From Caulobacteraceae bacterium (GTDB lineage Bacteria > Pseudomonadota > Alphaproteobacteria > Caulobacterales > Caulobacteraceae), in assembly GCA_035648435.1 (NCBI GenBank), contig DASRLN010000213.1, positions 1 to 54,887 of the forward strand: DNA of 54,887 nt, in the 5' to 3' direction. Shown one piece after another: positions 16,820 to 25,626 of the stretch. Position numbers and translations under genes: made by a program. Numbering within the stretch: the stretch's first letter is position 1; each line of letters opens with the position of its first letter. A model generated the notes under the pieces. The model was not told the DNA's origin. It ran no database searches and saw only the letters and a program-made list of their open reading frames with translations.

Positions 16820-17682
16820 CAGGCGTAGGCCTTCTGCCACGCCGCGTCGGCGGCCTTGGTGAAGGCGCTGTCCTTGCCGTAGCGGGGGTCGCGGGCCATG
16901 GCCTTGGCCTCGGCCTGGGCGGCGCTGGCGGGGTTGTCGGCGGCGGCCGGGGGCGGCGCGACACCGCTTGGTTGATTGCCCATCTTTCTCAGTTTCTCCA
17001 CCAGGCGGACGCCGGCCGCCATCGGGGCGAGGCTCATCAGCTCGCCGAATTCGCCATCGTCGATGTCGCCGCGGGCCTTGAGCGACTTGGCGAAGGTCTC
17101 GACCTCCGCCTGCCGCGCCGCGCCGTTCTCGCCCAGGGCCTCGCGCTGGGCCTTGAAGTCGATCGGCGGGCTCAAGAGGCCCTTGGCCTGGGCCACGCCC
17201 AGGGCCTCGAACAGGGTGTCGAAGTCGCCCTGCGGCCTTTTGGCCGCCGCGAAGTGCTCGCGGATCGCCGCCAGCAGGGGGTCCGTGGCCAGCGCCTCGG
17301 GCGAGACGATGTAAGCCTTCAGCCCGTCGGGGATGTTGAGGGTGTAGTCGGCCGCCGTCGCCGGCACCACGGCCCGCGCGGCGGCGGCGGCGGCGAGCGC
17401 CTCGGCGGCCGGATCGGGGGCGACAGGCGGCTCGGCCGGAGCGCCCGGGGTTTCCGACGCCGCCGGCGCCGGGGCCGGATCAGCGGACGGCGGTGTCCCA
17501 GGCGTCGGTGGCGTAGCTGGCGACGGCGCCGGGGATGGCGTGGAAGCGGGCGGCGGCGTCGGGGTCGCCGCCGGCGCCGGAGCCGGGGCCGGTGTGGCCG
17601 GCGCCGCCGCCGTCGGGGTCAGGCCGGCGATCGCCGCCCCCCCCGCCGTCGCCGTCCCCAGGTCCGGTGCGATCTCTGTCAT
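16819..17682 (-). CDS. Capsid scaffolding protein
   Basis: Pro/Ala-rich N-terminus, VPATAADYTL motif, C-terminal DPRY motif; upstream of capsid. Confidence 0.75.
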   Translation of the reverse strand: MTEIAPDLGTATAGGAAIAGLTPTAAAPATPAPAPAPAATPTPPPASTPSPAPSPATPPTPGTPPSADPAPAPAASETPGAPAEPPVAPDPAAEALAAAAAARAVVPATAADYTLNIPDGLKAYIVSPEALATDPLLAAIREHFAAAKRPQGDFDTLFEALGVAQAKGLLSPPIDFKAQREALGENGAARQAEVETFAKSLKARGDIDDGEFGELMSLAPMAAGVRLVEKLRKMGNQPSGVAPPPAAADNPASAAQAEAKAMARDPRYGKDSAFTKAADAAWQKAYA

Positions 17683-17974
17683 GGTGTCTCTCCAGTTGCT
17701 CAGCGTGGTCGATGTAGGCGAGGATCACGGCGGCGAGCTTGTTCTCGCCCTCCCTAATTTGCGCGAAGCGCAGGTACTCTTCCGGCCCCAGGCGATGATC
17801 GACGGGGGCGCGGAAGAGGCTCGCCTCAAGGATGGTCTGCAGCACCGCCTGTCCGTCCGATGTGCGGAAGACGGCGTGGAACAGCCGGGCGCGGCGGTTC
17901 AAGGCCTCGTCGCCGATCACGCCGCGCGGATCGCCGTCGCCGGCGTCGAGGTCGCCGGCGCGCAGCCATTCCAT
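17480..17974 (-). CDS. Bbp19-like small head-region protein
   Basis: LFHAVFRTSDGQAVLQTI...REGENKL motif; between portal and scaffold. The C-terminal extension overlaps the scaffold gene. Confidence 0.6.
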   Translation of the reverse strand: MEWLRAGDLDAGDGDPRGVIGDEALNRRARLFHAVFRTSDGQAVLQTILEASLFRAPVDHRLGPEEYLRFAQIREGENKLAAVILAYIDHAEQLERHHDRDRTGPGDGDGGGGGDRRPDPDGGGAGHTGPGSGAGGDPDAAARFHAIPGAVASYATDAWDTAVR

Positions 17975-18000
17975 GGCGTGGCCGAGATTGGCCCCGGCCT

Positions 18001-18261
18001 TCACGGCGCGGACCCGTAGAGGTCGGCGAAGTAGGCGGCACTGCAGGCGTCGAGCTCGCCCTTGGGCCCCAGGATGATCCAGTCGCCGGGATTGACCGTC
18101 AGGGTGCCCAGGCGCGTGTGGACCTTCATCGTGCCATCGTTGGCCGGGCCGACCGTGCCGGCCCACAGCGCCGCGGTCAGCCACGCCGGCGTCTCGAGGG
18201 GGCCACCGGCCGGGATAGCCACCGCCTCGACGGCCACGGCCTTGCGGATGAAGCCGGTCAT
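18001..18261 (-). CDS. Conserved phage protein (PGDW/PGDYG-like family)
   Basis: VHTRLGTLTVNPGDWIILGPKGELDAC...F..LY; ATGA overlap with the portal stop. Confidence 0.65.
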   Translation of the reverse strand: MTGFIRKAVAVEAVAIPAGGPLETPAWLTAALWAGTVGPANDGTMKVHTRLGTLTVNPGDWIILGPKGELDACSAAYFADLYGSAP

Positions 18262-19937
18262 TTGGCGGGTCCTGATCCAGGGATGGGGCCGGGCAGGCTG
18301 AGGGTGTCGGGGGGCGGGGCGAACGGCGCGGGTGTGGCGCCGCCGCCGAGGCCGCCCTGGCCACCTCCGCCAGCCGGCTGTTGCGCCGGGGCGCCCTTTT
18401 GTTGCGGTCCTGGCGCGCCCTGTTGCTGGGCGCTGGCCACGGCCGCCGCGCCGGCCGTCTTCTCCAGGGCGTCGCGCTGGGCTTTCGGGCGGATGAGCGA
18501 CTTGGAGACCCCGAACCTGCCGCCGAGATAGGGGCCGACGTCTTCGATGGTCGCGGCGTGGGCGACCATCAGGTCGCCGCCGATCGCCTTCATGGTCTCC
18601 AGCCACTGGACGGTGTTCTGGACGTCGTCCAGCGCCTGGGCCCGGGCCAGCGGGCTGATCACATTGACCTTGAGCACCAGCTGATCGATGCGCAGGTCGT
18701 TCCAGTCGATCAACGCCACCTTCTTGAGGTCGAGGATGTCGATCACCGCGCTGATCACCCCGGGCACCAGGTCATGGTTGAGGCGCCCGAAGGCCGAGCT
18801 GGCGTCGAACTGCAGCTCCTTGGCCCGCTCGACTATCTCGCTGGCGCTGCGCACCGGCCCGGTGTCGGGCGGCAGCTGCTGGTTGAGCAGGGTCTTGTTG
18901 ACGCCCTGGCGCAGGTCCTGGAGGACGATCTGGGCCAGATCGACCTTGGAGCCGATGTCCAGTGGCTCGATCGACCGCCCCATCGGTCCTCCAGTCCGCG
19001 CGACCCGGATCAGGGCGCTCGGCGCCAGCCTCATCTGGTCGGGATTGATCACCCCGTCGTGGAGCACCATCAGCGGCGGGGCCAGCGAATAGGCCGCCGC
19101 GCGCAGGACCATCTCGACGGTCTTGTTGAGGGTCTTGATGTCGGGCAGCGCCAGCATCAGCGGGCCGCGGCCCCAGGGGCTGCCCGGCGTCGTCCACCAG
19201 CGCGGAATGATCCACGGGTTAGAGCGGCGCTCGCGCTCCCAGACCACGTCCTTGTCGCCGTTGGCGCAACAGACGATGGCGATCCGCCACTTGTCGATAT
19301 CCTCGTCGAAGTAGCTGGCCTGGAGGATCTCGACGTCGGCGGTGTCGCGCTTGTCGATCCGCTCGCGCACCGACTTTCCCCAGTCGGCGCCCGGCCATAG
19401 CCGGTCGAGGGTCCAGGCCGGATAGCCGCGCTTCCAGAACACGTTCTCGATGCGCCCCGACGGACCCTCCTCGATGCCCAGCGCCCACGGCGGCGCGGCC
19501 TGCCAGCGGATCGGCATGCGGTCGCTGCCCTCGGTGGCCAGCAGGGCGCCGGTGCCGATCGCCAGATCCGCATAGGCCTCCGCGGACGACTGCGGGAAGG
19601 CGCTGGCGTCGAGCACCGCGTGGGCGACCAGCGTCGCCGGCTCCAGGCGGCGGTTGATGGTCTCGACCATGGCCGGCGGGACCAGCGGACCGGCCTCGAG
19701 GTTGAACCAGCGCTGGAACGGCGGCGTGACATCCTGCTGGATGCGGCCGGAGAACCGCTGCACACCGGTCGGCCCGGTGCCGTCGAACAGGCGGTCGAAG
19801 GTGTCGCGGCCCTTCTGGCGACGGCGCCAGGGCATCGCCAGGTCCATGCACTGGTCGATTTCGTTGGCGATCACCGCCCGCTGGGTCTCGGCGTGGGCGG
19901 CGCGCTCTTCGATCTCGATGGCGGTCCAGCGGGCCAC
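18258..19937 (-). CDS. Portal (head-tail connector) protein
   Basis: 559 aa; LFDGTG, PWIIPRW..TPGSPWGRGP...LPDIKTLN, SASEI and ISPLARAQ motifs of T7/BPP-1-type portals. Confidence 0.92.
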   Translation of the reverse strand: MARWTAIEIEERAAHAETQRAVIANEIDQCMDLAMPWRRRQKGRDTFDRLFDGTGPTGVQRFSGRIQQDVTPPFQRWFNLEAGPLVPPAMVETINRRLEPATLVAHAVLDASAFPQSSAEAYADLAIGTGALLATEGSDRMPIRWQAAPPWALGIEEGPSGRIENVFWKRGYPAWTLDRLWPGADWGKSVRERIDKRDTADVEILQASYFDEDIDKWRIAIVCCANGDKDVVWERERRSNPWIIPRWWTTPGSPWGRGPLMLALPDIKTLNKTVEMVLRAAAYSLAPPLMVLHDGVINPDQMRLAPSALIRVARTGGPMGRSIEPLDIGSKVDLAQIVLQDLRQGVNKTLLNQQLPPDTGPVRSASEIVERAKELQFDASSAFGRLNHDLVPGVISAVIDILDLKKVALIDWNDLRIDQLVLKVNVISPLARAQALDDVQNTVQWLETMKAIGGDLMVAHAATIEDVGPYLGGRFGVSKSLIRPKAQRDALEKTAGAAAVASAQQQGAPGPQQKGAPAQQPAGGGGQGGLGGGATPAPFAPPPDTLSLPGPIPGSGPAK

Positions 19938-19940
19938 GCG

Positions 19941-20252
19941 TCAGCCGCCCAGCGTCCCGGCCCCAGGGGTCTTGTTGCTGTCGGTCAGCACCCCGGCGCT
20001 GTCGCCCTGGAAGGCCAGCACCCGCTGGCCCGCCGCCCGCGCGATCCTGGCGCTGGCGTCCTGGCCGCTGGCCTGCAGCTGGGCGTCTTCCTCGGCGGCG
20101 CGGCTGGAGCGCTCCTGCGCGTTGCTGGCCTGGGTCTGCTCGGCCAGGGCGTTGCCCGCCGCCTGCGACTGCTCATGGGCTTGGTAGAGGCCGATGCCGA
20201 CGGTCGCCACCGTTCCGACGATCAGGGGAATGAACGGTATCAGGAACGCCAT
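19941..20252 (-). CDS. Small virion protein upstream of portal
   Basis: MAFLIPFIPLIVG... hydrophobic N-terminus, Ala/Gln-rich, ends TLGG; position equivalent to T7 gp6.7/7.3. Confidence 0.55.
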   Translation of the reverse strand: MAFLIPFIPLIVGTVATVGIGLYQAHEQSQAAGNALAEQTQASNAQERSSRAAEEDAQLQASGQDASARIARAAGQRVLAFQGDSAGVLTDSNKTPGAGTLGG

Positions 20253-20721
20253 CGGCCCCCTCGGGAGTAAAAAGACGGCGCCAGACCGCCATGCGCCCGA
20301 AGCCGGGGAACTCGGCGTGTCCGGCCTCCGTGAATCCACACCATCGGGCCATCGCCGCCCCCGCAACGCTCCGCGCCGCGATGTGGGCGCGGACCTCGAT
20401 CGGGGCGACGTCCTGGGCGACGGCCAGCAGCAGATCGAGCCAGATCCGCAGGCCGGCGCGCAGATTGGCCCGCATCGCCGGCCCCACCGCCCACCAGGCC
20501 TCGGCGCGGCCCTCAATGGGGTACAATCCGGCGATCATCACCAGCCGGCCGGCGCCGTCGCGCATGGTGAAGGCGCACCCCGTAGAGACCTGGCGCGCGA
20601 ACAGCGCGAACAGCGGCCGGTTCATCGCCACCGGCCGTTCGCCGTCGTCGGTCAGGGCGTCCTCGAAATCGAAGGCGCTGGCATGGGCGACGGTCAGGCG
20701 CGCCCCCGTCACGCGCGCCAT
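20173..20721 (-). CDS. GNAT-fold phage protein (gp13-like)
   Basis: VMIAGL...AEAWW...VRAHI...AAMARWCGF pattern. Confidence 0.55.
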   Translation of the reverse strand: MARVTGARLTVAHASAFDFEDALTDDGERPVAMNRPLFALFARQVSTGCAFTMRDGAGRLVMIAGLYPIEGRAEAWWAVGPAMRANLRAGLRIWLDLLLAVAQDVAPIEVRAHIAARSVAGAAMARWCGFTEAGHAEFPGFGRMAVWRRLFTPEGADGVPDTVHSPDRRNGGDRRHRPLPSP

Positions 20722-22301
20722 GGGTTGAAATCGTTCTTGTAGCTCTCCCCGTGCCCGTCGCCGGCGCGCTGACCCCAGTCCTTCGGCCGCGCGCGTTCCT
20801 GTTCGTCGATCGTCCGCCAGACCTCCGATCCATACTGCCCCCGCTGGGCCGGCCGCTGGCGATCCCACGCCGACCCGGCCGTCACCCCGGCGCGGCCGAC
20901 GTCGCCCAGGGCCGCGTACTGCAGGGCGTCGTGGACGTGGCTGGTCGCCGTCTTGCGCGGCTTCAGCGCCTTGCCCTCCTGTTTCGGGTCCCGCTCCTCG
21001 TACTTGTAGTCGGCCGTGAAGCCCCGCCGCAGCCAGGCGCATGAGGGGTTGAGCATCAAACCGGGCTGACCGCCGATCGAATAATCATCCATCAGCCCCT
21101 TGACCGCGCCGATGCGCAGTTCGATCTCGTTGCTGGGGGCCGGGCTGACGCCGATGTTCAGCCGCTGGCCGACCGTTTCCATGAAGCTGAACTCACCGAA
21201 CTCCCGATCGGCGCCGTAGAAGGCGGCCGGGTCGCCGTAGCCGATGCGGAAGCGGTTGGTCGGGAACCGGGCGGTGATCACGTCGCGGATGGCCACGGCG
21301 AAGCGCGCCGGCCCGACGCCGGTGACCAGGCGCCGCTGTTTGGGATCGTACGGATCGACTAGCACCACCTCGGCGTAGACGATCCGGCGTCCGGCGCGGT
21401 CGCGGCCCATGATCACCGCCGCCGGCGTGCCGCCGCCGTCGAGGCCGAGGATCAGCTCGGCCCGCGGCTCCGGGGCCAGCTCGACCGGCGAGACGTGGCG
21501 CTCGGCGCGGAAGTTGGGATAGATCACCTCGCCGCTGACGGACGCGCCCCAGCGGTTTCGGACCATCCGCGTGGTGTACCACTCCGGATTACTGTCCGCC
21601 TGAAGTGTATAATAGTCCGGGTCCAGACGTTCCCGGTTCTCCGCCGCCGGGTTGTCTTGGTAGGGCGGGCCGCCGGGCAGTATTCCCGGTTCCTGGTCGA
21701 AGAACTCGAAATTCGCCGGCCTGTCCTCTTCACACCAGCGATAGGTCCAGTGGTCGATGTCGGGCTTGTTGAACGTGCCCCACACGCCCTTGCTCACCCG
21801 GTAGGGGACCTGCGGCCAGCGCTTCACCCGGCCGGAGAGGAAGCTCATCACCTCCTCGGGCATCAGGTCGGCTTCGTCGAGAAAGCAGCCGGTGAGGTTC
21901 CAGCCCCGGCAGGTCTTCTCGACGGTGTTGGTGCCCAGCGCCCGCATCTCGACCTGGATTTCCAGGGGGCCGAGGGGGCTGTCCACAGGAAATGTGTGCA
22001 TCGCCGGGCGGTCGTCGGAGCCGACGAAGGCTCCCACTTCGCGCGGGAACCATTCGAACCAGCTGGGGATGAACTGGCTGTAAAGGTTGCGGTATGTGTC
22101 GCGCAGCACGCCGAACTTGGCGCGCCGCACGCCGTCCGGCATGGGGTTCTGGATCATCGCGCCCAGGACCATCTCGGCGCAGCCCGCGCCGGCGGTCTTG
22201 CCCGAACCCACGGGTCCTGCCATCAATCGGAAGAAGGCCGCGCTCTCGTGGAACCGTTTGAGGACGGGACCGGCCGGCCTGTAGACCCTGATATCGAACA
22301 C
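20709..22301 (-). CDS. terL: Terminase large subunit
   Basis: Walker A GPVGSGKT, Walker B FLDEA, nuclease LGLDGG and SHVHDALQY; GTG at 22301 with a GGAGG RBS. Confidence 0.93.
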   Translation of the reverse strand: MFDIRVYRPAGPVLKRFHESAAFFRLMAGPVGSGKTAGAGCAEMVLGAMIQNPMPDGVRRAKFGVLRDTYRNLYSQFIPSWFEWFPREVGAFVGSDDRPAMHTFPVDSPLGPLEIQVEMRALGTNTVEKTCRGWNLTGCFLDEADLMPEEVMSFLSGRVKRWPQVPYRVSKGVWGTFNKPDIDHWTYRWCEEDRPANFEFFDQEPGILPGGPPYQDNPAAENRERLDPDYYTLQADSNPEWYTTRMVRNRWGASVSGEVIYPNFRAERHVSPVELAPEPRAELILGLDGGGTPAAVIMGRDRAGRRIVYAEVVLVDPYDPKQRRLVTGVGPARFAVAIRDVITARFPTNRFRIGYGDPAAFYGADREFGEFSFMETVGQRLNIGVSPAPSNEIELRIGAVKGLMDDYSIGGQPGLMLNPSCAWLRRGFTADYKYEERDPKQEGKALKPRKTATSHVHDALQYAALGDVGRAGVTAGSAWDRQRPAQRGQYGSEVWRTIDEQERARPKDWGQRAGDGHGESYKNDFNPWRA

Positions 22302-22483
22302 CGCGCGGCTGCCCTCCCCCACCCTTCGCTTCGCGATGAAATTCGCGCCCCTTCTCGCTCTCGCAACGCCTCTCCGCGCGGGATCGCCCCGGCATAAGGG
22401 TTCGGCGGTCGCGCTCGTCAAAAGGCCCTCCGCCGGCGCGGCCTAACGACCACTTAGGCGCAAATGCGAACCTTTCCCGTAGC

Positions 22484-23026
22484 TTAGACGTCCGTCCGAC
22501 CCTCCCCGTCCGACCTGACGGGCAATCTGACCGCCAGCCCCTCGACGATTTCCCCCGAGACCCCGGCGCGCGCGGGAAGAGATACCCCTTCAAACGACAG
22601 GGTGACGCCCGCGCGAGCGTCGATCTGGACGGCCTGGGGCAGGCGCTGGGCGAGGTAAGGGGCGACGGCCTCGGCCATGCGCATCTGCAGCTTGAACACC
22701 TCGAGGAGGTCGGGCTCGACCAGGCCGATCCGGTCGGCGAGGGCCTGGGGCGTCATCGAGTAGGCTTCCATCATCACGCTGATCGGGTGGCGATGCTGGG
22801 CGAGGAGCCAGCCGACGACGGCTTCGGTGCGCCGGTTCTTGGATCCGGCCGGGCGCCCGCGGCGCTTGGCGGGCGACAGGGCGGCCGACAAGGGCGATGG
22901 CGCATCGAGCGCGCCCGTCTCCTCCGGATCGAGGGCGAAGAGGCCGACCTGGACGATCTCCTCGGGCTCGCCGCCGTCCAGCACCTGTTCGAGGGCGGCG
23001 CGGACGCCGCCAGGCCCGTCGGCCAT
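22484..23026 (-). CDS. Putative terminase small subunit
   Basis: RRGRPAGSKNRRT motif and AEAVAPYL; directly upstream of terL. Confidence 0.65.
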   Translation of the reverse strand: MADGPGGVRAALEQVLDGGEPEEIVQVGLFALDPEETGALDAPSPLSAALSPAKRRGRPAGSKNRRTEAVVGWLLAQHRHPISVMMEAYSMTPQALADRIGLVEPDLLEVFKLQMRMAEAVAPYLAQRLPQAVQIDARAGVTLSFEGVSLPARAGVSGEIVEGLAVRLPVRSDGEGRTDV

Positions 23027-23092
23027 TTTGGACCCCTTACTTAACCCGGCGCAGGATGCCCGCCGGCGAGCTCCAGGCAACGCCCCCGACGC

Positions 23093-23332
23093 TGCAACCG
23101 GGCGGTTGCAAGCCGGTTGCAAGGTTCGCCTTGGAAAACAGATAGTTATGAGACCTGCAACCAAGCAACCAAGCAACCGCTTCGCGCACTATGGAAGCCC
23201 CGGACCCGCAGTCTCGCGCGCGAGCGGACATACGCGCGCGCGACCCGTTGCACGGTTGCACGGTTGCACCGCCTCTAAGTGTCTGATGGAGATCAGAAAC
23301 CTTGCAACCGGCCTTGCAACCGCGCCGGTTGC
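23093..23332. repeat. TGCAACC/GGTTGCA iteron array, putative phage replication origin
   Basis: About 12 full or near copies in both orientations with overall dyad symmetry; non-coding and just downstream of the helicase gene. Confidence 0.7.
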
Positions 23333-23360
23333 TTCGCCTTTCGGTCAGGTTCGCGAATTC

Positions 23361-23390
23361 AACCTAAGCCGATGGGCCGGGGTGCAACGC
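23361..23390 (-). promoter_or_regulatory. Putative late promoter for packaging operon
   Basis: GCGTTGCAC-N15-TAGGTT, same spacing as the other two copies. Confidence 0.5.
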
Positions 23391-23398
23391 ATGGGGCG

Positions 23399-25381
23399 CT
23401 AGCCTTCCTGGCCGGGCTCGCGCTCGATGTCTTCCACCAGGTCCTCGGCGACCTGGCGCTGGAAGATCGGCGTCAGGCCGCCGCCCAGGTCGATCTGGGC
23501 GTCGAGCCAGAAGAGGGCGCATTTCTGGCTGTTGAGACGGTGGACGACCTGGACGTTGAGGACGCCCTCGCCGCCGGCGCAGGGCGGCGCGCCGCGCAGG
23601 GGGAAGAACCAGGCGCCCTCGCCGCCGCGCTTCTGGAAATCCGAGCCGGCGAAGATCTCCGCCACGCCCTGATGGGCCGGGGGGATGGCCAGCCAGTGGC
23701 GGCCATCGGCGCGGCCGCGGACGATCGCCAGGCCCGTGCGCTCGAGCTGAGCTCGCAGCTTGATCCGGGCTTCCTCGGCATCGACGCCATCGGACAGCGC
23801 CAGGTACTTGCGGACCACCTCGGCGACGGTGGGCGAGCCATCGGAGCGCCAGACATCCGGTTGAGCGCCCATGAGTATGCGCCAGGCCTTCAGCCATGCC
23901 GGCGTGTCGTTCTCGTACTCCAGCAAGGTCGAGCGGCGCAGCTGCTCGCACCAGACGGCGACCTCGGTTTCGTCGGGGTCGTGGTCGTGAAGCACGACGT
24001 GGGCGGCGGCCAGCAGCGTGCCGAACTGCATCGCCCCGCGCTGGGCGTGACCGACGCGCTCGAGGCCGCCGACGAAAGCGTCCAGCGCCTTCTGCCATCT
24101 CGGCCACGCCTCGGTTATCCGGCCGACCAGGCCAGCGCCCATGTCGCGCGCCCGGGCCGGGGCCAGCGGCTCGAGCTTGGCGGTCTTGGGGAGTTCGTGA
24201 AGCAGCAGAAACGCGAAGCGCTGGGCGTCCTGCGGCCGCATGCTCGGTGGGATGATGGCGCTGAACAGGAACGAGCTGCGCAGGGTGAATTGGCGGATCT
24301 CCTGATTGGCGCTGGAGCGGTAGGCGTCATCGCCGCTGGCCGCCGTGCGGGCCAGCTTCATCACCTGCTGGGCGCGATCGTTGGTGGCGTCGGCCTCGAT
24401 CTCGTCGAAGCTGACGCCGACCGCGTCCTGGCCGAGCAGCCCGCGCAGCGAGGCCTCCGACGCATCGACGGTGCCGAGCAGGCGCCCCGGCAGCATGGCC
24501 CGAACCATCTCCTGCAGGGTCGATTTGCCGGTGCCGGCGCCCCCGCAGATGAAGCCCATCGGGCGCCATTTCAGGGCCGCGCTCAATACCGTCGAGGCCT
24601 GCTGTCCCAACAGTAATCGCGCGTCGAGTTCGCCGCGCTTCCAGTTCCAGGTCTTGAAGCGACGGTATATTTCCTCGCAATCCGCCTTGCCGCCGGCCTT
24701 GGGCGCGGGCATCGGCGGCCGGCCGGGATAGACGTAGCCGTCGATCTCGCCCGGCTTGTGCTCGACCGCGCCGACCAGGATGCGATCGCCCAGGTGCTGG
24801 ATCAGCTCGCCGCCGTCGCCCTTCCAGCAACCGCGGCCACGCACCTTGTCGTGAGCCTCGAATATACCCTTGAGCGCACACGCGCTCATCATGGCGTCGC
24901 GGGCGTAGTTGGCCCTGAAGCCTTGGAACTTGCCCTGCTGATTGAACTGGGGAAAGGCGCTGTTGAGATCGTTGATCCTCGGCGACCACAGGCCGGCGAT
25001 ATGGGCCTGGCCGTGCTCGGCATCGGCCAGCGCCACCAGCTGGCCCATGGGGTCGAGGTAGAAATACAGGCGCCCGAGCTTGCCCAGCGGGGTGATCGGG
25101 CAGGGATCGGGCAGGCTGATCGGCACCTGGCGGATGACCTTGCCGAACAGGCGCGCGATCATCACGTGGTCGTGGCGCAGGCTATCCTCGGAGGGCTCGC
25201 CGCCCGGCGGGTCGGGATCGTCGTCGGCGGGGGTCGGCGGCGGCTCGGGGCGCCACTCATCGACGTCGTCGATCAGGGCGCGCTTGCCGCGCCCGAGCTT
25301 GACGTCGATCTCGGCCTTCATGCGGCGATATTGTTCGAGCGCCTCGGGCGAGCCGGCGGGATAGAGCGGTTCGTCAGTCAC
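23399..25381 (-). CDS. Phage replicative helicase / P-loop NTPase
   Basis: Walker A GGAGTGKS, Walker B VSFDEIE; downstream of the primase. Confidence 0.8.
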   Translation of the reverse strand: MTDEPLYPAGSPEALEQYRRMKAEIDVKLGRGKRALIDDVDEWRPEPPPTPADDDPDPPGGEPSEDSLRHDHVMIARLFGKVIRQVPISLPDPCPITPLGKLGRLYFYLDPMGQLVALADAEHGQAHIAGLWSPRINDLNSAFPQFNQQGKFQGFRANYARDAMMSACALKGIFEAHDKVRGRGCWKGDGGELIQHLGDRILVGAVEHKPGEIDGYVYPGRPPMPAPKAGGKADCEEIYRRFKTWNWKRGELDARLLLGQQASTVLSAALKWRPMGFICGGAGTGKSTLQEMVRAMLPGRLLGTVDASEASLRGLLGQDAVGVSFDEIEADATNDRAQQVMKLARTAASGDDAYRSSANQEIRQFTLRSSFLFSAIIPPSMRPQDAQRFAFLLLHELPKTAKLEPLAPARARDMGAGLVGRITEAWPRWQKALDAFVGGLERVGHAQRGAMQFGTLLAAAHVVLHDHDPDETEVAVWCEQLRRSTLLEYENDTPAWLKAWRILMGAQPDVWRSDGSPTVAEVVRKYLALSDGVDAEEARIKLRAQLERTGLAIVRGRADGRHWLAIPPAHQGVAEIFAGSDFQKRGGEGAWFFPLRGAPPCAGGEGVLNVQVVHRLNSQKCALFWLDAQIDLGGGLTPIFQRQVAEDLVEDIEREPGQEG

Positions 25382-25626
25382 GCGTCGGCCTGCGGATGGG
25401 TCGGCCCGTAGTGTTTCAGGACGATGGCGCGGCGGAATTCCGCCAGCTGGACCTTCGCGTACTCAAATGCCCGCTGCTCTCCATGGCGCCTGATCAGCTG
25501 TCCTACCCACCAACACTGATAATTGGCGGACGCGTTACGCAACAGCCGTCGGAACGCGCCGGGTAGAGCATCGAAATGCCGGTAATGGTCCAGTTCGTGA
25601 CCGCCCGTCTGCTGATTGCCAGCCAC
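25378..25626 (-). CDS. Phage hypothetical protein (DUF6525-like)
   Basis: FDALPGAFRRLLRNA motif; lower GC than flanks; overlaps both neighbours. Confidence 0.55.
   Translation of the reverse strand: MAGNQQTGGHELDHYRHFDALPGAFRRLLRNASANYQCWWVGQLIRRHGEQRAFEYAKVQLAEFRRAIVLKHYGPTHPQADA

Noticed and set aside
22494..22514. GTCCGAC repeats at the end of terS resembling att arm sites
   Set aside because: Short, GC-rich, within coding sequence and 12 kb from att; likely chance.
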